Shown here piece by piece: positions 9,997-18,055 of a stretch of 35,895 nt of DNA (position 1 is the stretch's first letter; every line of letters begins with the position of its first letter). Source of the stretch: a virus (lineage: Duplodnaviria > Caudoviricetes); IMG/VR virus record IMGVR_UViG_3300034980_000082, positions 1 to 35,895 of that record, one strand, 5' to 3'. Below the pieces are notes generated by a model. The model saw nothing but the letters and a program-made list of their open reading frames with translations, had not been told where the DNA came from and made no database searches. The position numbers and the translations under genes were made by a program.

Positions 9997-11210
9997 GCGG
10001 AAAATGGCCCGGAGGGGTGATAAGCAAAACTGCTCCTACTGTTACCGGCCCTACGGACGGCGAGGGTGGCAGTGCATCGGGTATATGGACGCTGGATCAG
10101 GCAGCAGATTACGCGAAGCAGGGTTTATGGCCGTTGCCTGTAATTTATAGAGAGCTTTGGACTTGGGGCAGAAACAACCTTGGACAAAGGGCGCAAGGCA
10201 ATACCACTGACTACTCTTCCCCTGTTCAAGTAGGCGCTCTTACTGACTGGAAGTACACTACAGCAGGAAAAAACTACTTATTGGGTCAAAAAACCGATGG
10301 AACTCTGTGGGCCGTGGGGGCAGGGGGATCAGGGAGGTTAGGCCAAGGCAATACCACTAACTATTCTTCCCCTGTTCAAGTAGGCGCTCTTACTGATTGG
10401 TCAAATGTAGCTGCGGGGTATCGTTCTGTCTCGGCAGTTAAAACCGATGGAACTCTCTGGACTTGGGGGGATGGTAACTATGGGGTATTAGCCCAAAACA
10501 ATGCCACTGATTATTCGTCACCTGTACAAGTTGGCGTTCTTACTAATTGGAGTAACACCGAAGGGGGGGTGAGGTGGGTTCTAGCTATTAAAACTGATGG
10601 CACTCTGTGGACTTGGGGCTATAACAACTTTGGCCAACTAGGTCAAGGCAATACCACTAACTATTCTTCCCCCGTTCAAATAGGGTCGCTTACTGATTGG
10701 CTAAACATAGGTGCGTCTAGTTACAATGCCTATGCTACCAAAACTGATGGCACTCTCTGGGCATGGGGAAGAAATACTTGGGGTCAAATAGGTGACGGCA
10801 GTCTTGTTGATAGAAGCTCACCAGTTCAAGTTGGCGCACTTACTAATTGGTTATCTTTTAGTGGTGGGCTATATAATGTAGTGGCACGTAAAACTGACGG
10901 GACTCTTTGGTCGTGGGGTTATAACGGACAAGGACAACTAGGTCTAGGTGATACTACCTACCGTACCTCTCCTGTTCAAGTCGGTGCGCTCACTACTTGG
11001 GACTCGGTAACTTCTAATTATAAAGCTACAGCAGCTATTAAAACTGACGGAACCCTTTGGACTTGGGGTTATAACAACAAAGGGCAGTTAGGTGACGGAA
11101 CTATTACTTCTAGAAGCTCACCAGTTCAAGTTGGCGCACTGACAACGTGGCTTACTGTTAATAGAGGGCAACAGGCCGCTGAAGGTTTCGCCGCAACTAA
11201 AACACCTTAA
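9993..11210 (+). CDS. 7-bladed RCC1/BLIP-II beta-propeller protein
   Basis: Seven repeats as in the other two; leader GGVISKTAP...ASGIWTL...GLWP. Confidence 0.85.
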   Translation: MSGKWPGGVISKTAPTVTGPTDGEGGSASGIWTLDQAADYAKQGLWPLPVIYRELWTWGRNNLGQRAQGNTTDYSSPVQVGALTDWKYTTAGKNYLLGQKTDGTLWAVGAGGSGRLGQGNTTNYSSPVQVGALTDWSNVAAGYRSVSAVKTDGTLWTWGDGNYGVLAQNNATDYSSPVQVGVLTNWSNTEGGVRWVLAIKTDGTLWTWGYNNFGQLGQGNTTNYSSPVQIGSLTDWLNIGASSYNAYATKTDGTLWAWGRNTWGQIGDGSLVDRSSPVQVGALTNWLSFSGGLYNVVARKTDGTLWSWGYNGQGQLGLGDTTYRTSPVQVGALTTWDSVTSNYKATAAIKTDGTLWTWGYNNKGQLGDGTITSRSSPVQVGALTTWLTVNRGQQAAEGFAATKTP

Positions 11211-11230
11211 TTATTAAACAGGAGACTAAA

Positions 11231-11623
11231 ATGTCTTTATTTGTAAAAGTTGAAAACGAAGAAGTAACACAGGTATGGGATACACAGCCTCCTGCGGGAG
11301 AATCTGGCTGGCAGTCAGCCATTGAAGTGCGTCCTTCTATTACTGATGGCAAGCAAATCTATACTGGACACACGTTTGATCTAAGTGCCGATCCGGTACA
11401 AATCGTTTACGGTGTAGAGGATTTGACTGTAGATCAGCGTAAAGAGGCGTTAATTGGTAATGCCAAAAGTGACTATCAGCAAGTCGCTAATGAGCAAACG
11501 CAGCTTGAAACTGATGATGGTTCTGGTGATGCCGCAGCAGTTGAAACGGCCAAAAATACTAAAAACTCAAAAATAACAGCTATTAATGCTTGTTCAACAC
11601 ACGCAGACCTGGACGCGCTTTAA
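11231..11623 (+). CDS. Putative tail-fibre assembly chaperone-like protein
   Basis: 130 aa at the end of the fibre block; C-terminal AINACSTHADLDAL resembles the ends of such proteins; AGGAG SD. Confidence 0.45.
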   Translation: MSLFVKVENEEVTQVWDTQPPAGESGWQSAIEVRPSITDGKQIYTGHTFDLSADPVQIVYGVEDLTVDQRKEALIGNAKSDYQQVANEQTQLETDDGSGDAAAVETAKNTKNSKITAINACSTHADLDAL

Positions 11624-11657
11624 GTTAAAAATGTAACGGGGGAGGCGTTGATGCTCA

Positions 11658-12938
11658 ATGAAAAAGTTACTGCTTATCGTTTTTGCTGTAGCAAGCTTCC
11701 CCCTGTTTGGGCAAGACACGAACACTAATATTACGACTACTAATACGTCTACCACTACCAATACGTCTACAAATAACAACAACAATACGAACGTAAATAC
11801 TAATACGTCTGCAAATACTAATACGTCAACTAGCACCAACACAAACACCAATACTAATTCAAACGACAATACCAATGTAAACACAACAACTTACACGGGT
11901 AGCAATACTAATACGAACAGTAATACAACGAACTACACTGGCTCAAATACGTCTGTTAACACCAATACGTCAGCCAGCACTAATACCAATGCCAACACTA
12001 ACAACAACACCAATAATACGAATTACACTGGGATTAACACGAACAATTCCACTAACGTAAACACTAACGCAAATACCAACACAACGACTTACGATGGCAC
12101 AACTAACTCAAACAATGTTAATAACAACACTACTCAGTATACGGGTAACACGACGAACACGAATAACAATACAACGAATTCAACATCTGCGGCCACAAAC
12201 ACCAATAGCAATAACAACACCAATGTGTCTACTTCAACGAATAATTCAACTAATACCAATACGAATAATTCAACATCGGATAACAGTAACACCACGAACT
12301 ACACGGGTTCGTCAGTAAGCAATAACACCAACAGCAACACGACTAACTACACAGGCGATACAACTTCTAATAACACGAACACCAGCACTAACACGAACAC
12401 TAACACCTCGACTGTTAATCAAACTTCCAGCAGTAATAACGTAAGCACTAACAACGATTTTAGCCAATCAAACAGCGAAGTAAGCTCTACGGCTAACAAT
12501 ACGAATACAAACAACAATACAAGTCAGTCAACTAGCAGCCAGCGGGTAACTCAACGGATAGAATCACCCCCACCTAGCGCAATAGCGCCAAGCATTGGCT
12601 CCAGTTACTCGCAAGACCTCTGTACTACTGGTGTATCAGGAGCAATACAAACGCAGATATTCGGCTTCTCTGGGGGTCGCTCTATTACCGATGAAAACTG
12701 CGAAAGAATTAAGTTAGGCAAAACGCTTTATGATATGGGTATGCGCGTAGCTGCGGTTAGCTTGATGTGCCAGGACGAACGAGTATTTGACGCTATGCGT
12801 ATGGCTGGAACGCCCTGCCCCTACGAAGGATTGATTGGAGAAGAAGCCCAGATAGCTTGGGAAGCCGAGGCATTAGAGCCGGAAGAGATAGAATCTGATT
12901 ACCAGTACAAGCGTTACGGCAGCAGGGGCAGAAGATGA
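11658..12938 (+). CDS. Exported protein: signal peptide, Asn/Thr-rich repeat region, Cys-containing C-terminal domain
   Basis: MKKLLLIVFAVASFPLFG-QD signal peptide; ~275 aa N/T/S region; PPPSAIAP...DLCTTG...DENCERIK...LMCQDERV...GTPCPYEG domain. Confidence 0.8.
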   Translation: MKKLLLIVFAVASFPLFGQDTNTNITTTNTSTTTNTSTNNNNNTNVNTNTSANTNTSTSTNTNTNTNSNDNTNVNTTTYTGSNTNTNSNTTNYTGSNTSVNTNTSASTNTNANTNNNTNNTNYTGINTNNSTNVNTNANTNTTTYDGTTNSNNVNNNTTQYTGNTTNTNNNTTNSTSAATNTNSNNNTNVSTSTNNSTNTNTNNSTSDNSNTTNYTGSSVSNNTNSNTTNYTGDTTSNNTNTSTNTNTNTSTVNQTSSSNNVSTNNDFSQSNSEVSSTANNTNTNNNTSQSTSSQRVTQRIESPPPSAIAPSIGSSYSQDLCTTGVSGAIQTQIFGFSGGRSITDENCERIKLGKTLYDMGMRVAAVSLMCQDERVFDAMRMAGTPCPYEGLIGEEAQIAWEAEALEPEEIESDYQYKRYGSRGRR

Positions 12939-15382
12939 GGTGGTTATTAGCCTTGGTGTTTTGCTCTACAGCCTATGGCGCAAGCACTAGCGATCCCAGT
13001 GTTTATATTTACGAAGGTGGGCAAGCGCTAATTGACCTGTCAGGAATGTCCGGCACTACTAACATGAACGCCTGTGATGATTGTATCTCTGGCTGGAGTC
13101 CTAATTTTGGTTTTGACTTTGACTTTTACGGAACCAATTATACACGGGCAAAGATGTCCACTAACGGCTGTGTAAGTTTTACCGGTCTTAATTGTAACGA
13201 TTACACTCCTCAGCCTCTGCCTTACAGGGATCAAACGCTTTACCCTTTTTGGACTGATTTAATTCGTAATAACAGTTCCAAGATGTTGTTTAAGTCCTTT
13301 AGTGATTATGTGGTGTTTGGCTGGTACGGCATGAAAGAGTACAGCCATCCGAACCATAGAGGCAGCAACAACTTTGAGGCGATCTTGTGGGCTAACGACA
13401 GCTATGAATACCGTTATGGCGCACTAGATATTGCCAATCATGACGTATTAATTGGCGAACAAAATAGCAGCACAGAGCATAGGACTTATCGTTATTATGA
13501 CAAGAGCAACGCTTATCCTACTTGGGATTCATGGGATTCTACTTTTGGCGGTGCTGTTCTGGAGAACGGGGGAAGCCTTTACGCTGCCAGCTTTGCCAGC
13601 CAATGCAGCAGTAGCGGATTGTTTAGCACCTCTTGCAGTAACTACGATGCGGCTTACTTAACGCAGCAGTGTGACGCTAACGCTTTGTATAGCTCCCAAT
13701 GCACTGGATACGAGGCGGCATACACAGCGCAGCAGTGCGCCGCAGATGCCAGTTATGATGTGTCTTGTTCTGGGTATTGGGACACCGTTCTTACCTCAAA
13801 CGCTACGGATCAGTATACAGACGTAGTGGATGGGGATGACGTAACTGACTATTACTTTGTTGATGACGATGATGACGCAGTAGATTACACAGACACTACA
13901 GACACCAACACAATTGTCTCTCTAGGCTACGACGATAACGCGCTTGGTTATAACGAACAGGATTTTTACGGGTATGACCTGGACGGTTACGATGAGGACG
14001 ATACTGGGCAAGATACTGTTGTTGTTATGGTTGATAGCGATGTTTTTAGTGGGGATGATTTTGGGTTTAGTGGTGCTGATGGAGTTAGTGACTTACCTGT
14101 AATTGAGGTTGTGGAAGTTGTTGAAGTTGACGAGATAGAAGAGGTTTTTGAAGAAACTTTTGAGGAAGTCATCGTAGAGGTTTTTGAGGAAGAGGTGTTT
14201 GAGGAGGTTTTTGAAGAACCGATTGAAGTGGTAGAGATCATTGAGGAAGTGGTAGAGATCATTGAGGAAGAAATATTTGAAGAACCCGAAGAGATCATTG
14301 AGGTTGTAGAAGTAGAAGAAGTCATTGAAAAGCCAGAAGAAGTTATAGAGATTGTAGAAGCAGAAGAGATCATTGAAGAAGAGATTATTGAGGAAGTAGA
14401 AGAGGTAGCAGCAATAGTTGAGCCTACGGCCTCACCCCTTGATGTTACTGGTCTTGCTTTAAACATTGTGGCCCAGACTAGCGCTTTTGCCACTCAAAGC
14501 TCTTTCAACTCGCAAAGTACAATGGAAAGCCAAAGCTCTTTTACCAGCTCGGAATCGGTGGATATGTCTTTTAACTACGGCGGCGTAGGCATCGTCAGCA
14601 CTACTCAAAGCAATTTTACCGTTGATACGTTAGACCTTAAATCTGAATTGCTACAGGTAACAGAACAAGCTGCCTCTACTGCGGTGGCAGAGATAAATGC
14701 GGTTTACGGTGACACAAGTAATGTACAGCTTGCTATGCAGGAAGTCAGACGGGAAGAAGTACAACAGCAGGAAGTCCAACAAGAACAACAGCAGCAGCAA
14801 CAGGTTATTCAGCAGGTAGATACGGGCTTTTTCGATGTTCAGACAGTAGAACAAGAGATCATTACCCAGACTGCTAGTGTACAGATGGAAGAAGCAGAAG
14901 AGTCTGAAGAGTTAGAAGCTACACAAGATTTAGGCGATTCAGCCCAACAGATGCAGTTTGAGCAAGACTTTAACGATGCGTTAGGCGCAGGGCAAAGTGT
15001 CGGCCAGTTCCTAAGCCAGCAAGCTCCAGACTTTGGGCAATTTGATGTTGCTCCTCCTAGTGTAGAAGAGCAGCAAACTGTTCGCAGGGCGGAGAACGCT
15101 ATTCAGACTATGACCAGCGCAGAGATTGAGCAAGCTCAAGATTCACAGCTAGAGGGAATGCAGGACTCTGGTGGATTTGACGATCAGTCTTTAACCATTC
15201 TTCTGATGGGTAGAGTTGAAGGTGTAGAGGCGTACAATATAGACCTTATAGATCAGCAGCAGTGGTATCAGTCTAGAGAAATATACGGTGGAAATGCGCC
15301 TGTAGATGGTAACGTCAGAGCCTTGCAAGGACAGGGCGCACAGCGCTTTCAGGACTTGGTAGGACAACAGTATGAACGATAA
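12935..15382 (+). CDS. Exported highly acidic protein with nidogen(NIDO)-like domain and Cys repeats
   Basis: Signal peptide MRWLLALVFCSTAYGA; GFDFDFYGTNY...STNG.VSF...PFWTDL; three Q.C..........C..Y repeats; Asp-, Glu- and Gln-rich tracts. Confidence 0.75.
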   Translation: MRWLLALVFCSTAYGASTSDPSVYIYEGGQALIDLSGMSGTTNMNACDDCISGWSPNFGFDFDFYGTNYTRAKMSTNGCVSFTGLNCNDYTPQPLPYRDQTLYPFWTDLIRNNSSKMLFKSFSDYVVFGWYGMKEYSHPNHRGSNNFEAILWANDSYEYRYGALDIANHDVLIGEQNSSTEHRTYRYYDKSNAYPTWDSWDSTFGGAVLENGGSLYAASFASQCSSSGLFSTSCSNYDAAYLTQQCDANALYSSQCTGYEAAYTAQQCAADASYDVSCSGYWDTVLTSNATDQYTDVVDGDDVTDYYFVDDDDDAVDYTDTTDTNTIVSLGYDDNALGYNEQDFYGYDLDGYDEDDTGQDTVVVMVDSDVFSGDDFGFSGADGVSDLPVIEVVEVVEVDEIEEVFEETFEEVIVEVFEEEVFEEVFEEPIEVVEIIEEVVEIIEEEIFEEPEEIIEVVEVEEVIEKPEEVIEIVEAEEIIEEEIIEEVEEVAAIVEPTASPLDVTGLALNIVAQTSAFATQSSFNSQSTMESQSSFTSSESVDMSFNYGGVGIVSTTQSNFTVDTLDLKSELLQVTEQAASTAVAEINAVYGDTSNVQLAMQEVRREEVQQQEVQQEQQQQQQVIQQVDTGFFDVQTVEQEIITQTASVQMEEAEESEELEATQDLGDSAQQMQFEQDFNDALGAGQSVGQFLSQQAPDFGQFDVAPPSVEEQQTVRRAENAIQTMTSAEIEQAQDSQLEGMQDSGGFDDQSLTILLMGRVEGVEAYNIDLIDQQQWYQSREIYGGNAPVDGNVRALQGQGAQRFQDLVGQQYER
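14225..14270 (+). repeat. Coding 21-bp tandem repeat GAAGTGGTAGAGATCATTGAG x2
   Basis: Exact duplication encoding EVVEIIE twice within the Glu-rich tract. Confidence 0.9.
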
Positions 15383-15917
15383 GACAGAATTAGAGTTTGG
15401 CGGAGCCACTATTACAGGTGGGAAAATACTGCTATTAGTGCCGCTTTTAGGGGCTATTGGTGGGGCAATGTGGGGCGGTTTTGAGGTATATCAGCGTCTA
15501 ATTGATGCTGAGAGCGCTATTACTGAGTATGTCAGTCCAGACTTTAGCGGATACGACGAGGCATTAGCAGTCCTAGAAACACGGCTTACAGATCAGTCGC
15601 GCATCCTTGATACAGTAGAAGACTCACTAAGAAACGAAACTGACGCTATGCAAGCCCAGAATCAGCGTATGCTGGCAAACATTAATGACCAGATAGACAC
15701 TATAGAGGGCGATGTAAGGCAGTCTGAGAGCATTGCAAGGACGGCAGAAGATACGGTGGCAGATACGACCAGAGAACTTAGGGACGATGTGTACGCCTTA
15801 GAAGAAAGAGTAAACGATACACTTAGAGATGTAGACCTAGAATTAAGAGAGATACGAGACGATCTGGAAAGTAGAATCCAACAAATGCTAGATAATCCCC
15901 TTAATGATAACGAATAA
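15372..15917 (+). CDS. Membrane-anchored coiled-coil protein
   Basis: N-terminal hydrophobic ILLLVPLLGAIGGAMWGGF followed by an acidic heptad-rich helix. Confidence 0.75.
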   Translation: MNDKTELEFGGATITGGKILLLVPLLGAIGGAMWGGFEVYQRLIDAESAITEYVSPDFSGYDEALAVLETRLTDQSRILDTVEDSLRNETDAMQAQNQRMLANINDQIDTIEGDVRQSESIARTAEDTVADTTRELRDDVYALEERVNDTLRDVDLELREIRDDLESRIQQMLDNPLNDNE

Positions 15918-15921
15918 AGGA

Positions 15922-16131
15922 ATGGCAGTGGCAGATACTCAGATGCGAGAGCAAATAGCGCGGATAGATGAGCGCATAAAAACTATGTTTAACAGGCAGT
16001 CAAAGATAGAAAAGCAAGTAGAAGCTATGAATGTTAGACTACAAGAAATATCGCCTCAGATAAAATTTGCAGAGCGAGCTTTTTGGATAATTCTAACGCT
16101 TGGAATAGCTATTTATTTTGGGACTAATTAG
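15922..16131 (+). CDS. Small coiled-coil + C-terminal TM protein (XhlA/hemolysin-like lysis accessory)
   Basis: IARIDERIK coiled coil then AFWIILTLGIAIYFG; AAGGA close upstream of ATG 15922 (ATG 15904 also possible). Confidence 0.5.
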   Translation: MAVADTQMREQIARIDERIKTMFNRQSKIEKQVEAMNVRLQEISPQIKFAERAFWIILTLGIAIYFGTN

Positions 16132-16140
16132 GAAAATCTT

Positions 16141-16899
16141 ATGAAAAACAAAGACAAAAAATTAGACCCGTTATTATTAAATATGGCGGCTTCTTGGTCT
16201 CAAAAAGCTTATAACAAAAAGAATTCTGGAACTATTAAAATAGAATCAAAATTCTCCTCTACCACAGTCTACATAAAGAAAAACAATTCTATTGACGTTA
16301 TAGCCTTCAGAGGCACACAGCAAGGCAGAGATTGGCTAACTGACGCATTTATCGTGCCAATTCCTTATGCTGGAAGGCTTTGTCATGGCGGGTTTACTCT
16401 AGCCCATCGCTCAGTATGGAAAAAGATATTGCCCCATATCAATATGAAAAAACGGACTTTGATCTGTGGTCATAGCCTGGGAGGTGCATTAGCAGAGCTT
16501 TCCGCAGCTAAATTATGGAAAAAACACCCTAATCTTAATCTTGTTACTTTTGGAAAACCTAATACCTTCTTTAAAGGCTTTAAAAGAGCTATGAAACTAG
16601 ATAATCAACTGTCTTGTGTACATGGTTCTGATTTGGTAGCTACCGTACCTAGACTTTGTTATGGAGCATCCAAGTCTCAAACTATGCTGTATTTTGCTAA
16701 TTGCGGAGTTGATTTTATAAACCCTGACAATCTTACTAGAAAAGAAGATAGAGGCAGTTTAGAAGATCGTTTGACCGATCATTTTATGGAAGGTTATACA
16801 AAAAGATTAGGAGATTATTTAAAGCACCAAAACAAAAAACCCTCAAAAGCAGAAATAAAAGAACTGGAGGCTATAGCCGATGAACTTGAAAATACTTAG
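16141..16899 (+). CDS. Lipase class 3 (alpha/beta hydrolase)
   Basis: IAFRGT, HGGF, nucleophile GHSLGG, TFGKP, DLVATVP, DHFMEGY. Confidence 0.9.
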   Translation: MKNKDKKLDPLLLNMAASWSQKAYNKKNSGTIKIESKFSSTTVYIKKNNSIDVIAFRGTQQGRDWLTDAFIVPIPYAGRLCHGGFTLAHRSVWKKILPHINMKKRTLICGHSLGGALAELSAAKLWKKHPNLNLVTFGKPNTFFKGFKRAMKLDNQLSCVHGSDLVATVPRLCYGASKSQTMLYFANCGVDFINPDNLTRKEDRGSLEDRLTDHFMEGYTKRLGDYLKHQNKKPSKAEIKELEAIADELENT

Positions 16900-17113
16900 T
16901 TTAGGCATTTATATAGGTTTATCTGGCTGTACTGTTTCAGAAGAAATGATTGCAAATAAAGAACTTTATTGTTCTGGAGTTTATAAAGGCATTAGGGCTG
17001 TAGGGCGCGTAGCTACTGAAGTTACAACTGGCATAGCGGTTCCTGATGTTTGCGACACTATTGACGAAATTGTCGAGGAGGAAGAGGCTGAAGCAACTGA
17101 CAAAAGCGGTTAG
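16880..17113 (+). CDS. Small lipoprotein
   Basis: Lipobox LSGC at residues 14-17; GGAGG SD; two further Cys. Confidence 0.7.
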   Translation: MNLKILSLGIYIGLSGCTVSEEMIANKELYCSGVYKGIRAVGRVATEVTTGIAVPDVCDTIDEIVEEEEAEATDKSG

Positions 17114-17151
17114 TAATGTGGAAGCTCTTATCAAGTTATGGCTAATCTTTT

Positions 17152-17619
17152 ATGAAACTTAAAGGGATTCTGGGAGCGTTAGCCCCTACGCTGCTTAAAA
17201 CGGTAGCTAGTAGCAATCCTATTGCGGGAATGGCACTTAAAATAGCCGCTAAAAAGTTAGGAATGCCCGAAACATCTAGTATTGAACAGATTGAAGAAGT
17301 TATAGAAAGAGAACCAGAAAAAGCAGAAAGCTTGCAAGACGCAGAACTAGAGATAAAAAAGCTCACTGCGAATATCGAGGGGTTCAGGCTTGAGACCGAG
17401 GACAGGCAAGACGCAAGAAAGACGTTTGCGAAAGACCCTACGCCTAAACTTATTGCAATTTTGGCAATGGTTGGGTTTTTGGCGTATATCTTCATGGTTA
17501 CGCTCCAGGCTCCAGAGAGCAATGACGATGCCATTGTCAACCTTGTTCTTGGTTATCTTGGGGGGCTTGTTAGTGGCATTGCCAGCTTCTATTTCGGAAG
17601 CTCTCATAATGGAAGTTAA
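17152..17619 (+). CDS. Holin-like membrane protein
   Basis: Amphipathic N-terminus, DRQDARK, two TM helices, FYFGSS end; immediately upstream of the endolysin. Confidence 0.7.
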   Translation: MKLKGILGALAPTLLKTVASSNPIAGMALKIAAKKLGMPETSSIEQIEEVIEREPEKAESLQDAELEIKKLTANIEGFRLETEDRQDARKTFAKDPTPKLIAILAMVGFLAYIFMVTLQAPESNDDAIVNLVLGYLGGLVSGIASFYFGSSHNGS

Positions 17620-17620
17620 G

Positions 17621-18055
17621 ATGGACAAGTTAATAGAACAACTCAAGCGCCACGAAGGCGTTAAAAACCACGCTTATAAAGACCAATTTGGTACTTGGCA
17701 TATAGGCGCGGGTCGGAATATTCACCCGGATGGTGCTAACAAAGGCATGGGGATCAGCGACACAGAAATAGACTATATGTTAAGCAATGACGTAGCGCGG
17801 ACAATCGCAGAGTTAGCCAAGGAATACCCGTGGTTTAACGACTTAGAAGAAGGCGCAAGGCGTGACGGAATTATTAATATGCACTTTAATCTTGGCCGGG
17901 TTCGTTTTGCTAAGTTCAAAAAAGCTATTGCTCATATGGAAGCGGGTAATCATGACCTCGCAAGCCTAGAGTTTTTGGACAGTTTGTGGGCGCGACAGGT
18001 CAAAATGAGAGCTATCGAGGTCACCTCAATGATTAAGACAAATAGGTATGTATGA
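17621..18055 (+). CDS. Endolysin, T4-like lysozyme (GH24)
   Basis: LKRHEG...YKDQFGTWHIGAGRN, IINMHFNLG, LDSLWARQV.MRA; start at 17621 or 17609 rather than 17390. Confidence 0.88.
   Translation: MDKLIEQLKRHEGVKNHAYKDQFGTWHIGAGRNIHPDGANKGMGISDTEIDYMLSNDVARTIAELAKEYPWFNDLEEGARRDGIINMHFNLGRVRFAKFKKAIAHMEAGNHDLASLEFLDSLWARQVKMRAIEVTSMIKTNRYV

Noticed and set aside
5990-11200. Diversity-generating retroelement or CRISPR array behind the ~150-bp periodic repeats
   Set aside because: Repeats are in-frame coding blades; no reverse transcriptase, no non-coding template repeat, no evident adenine-only variation, no cas genes
17390-17620. N-terminal extension of the endolysin given in the ORF track
   Set aside because: Overlaps the holin gene; lysozyme similarity starts at MDKLIEQLKRHEG; a SAR-like extension cannot be fully excluded but has no support
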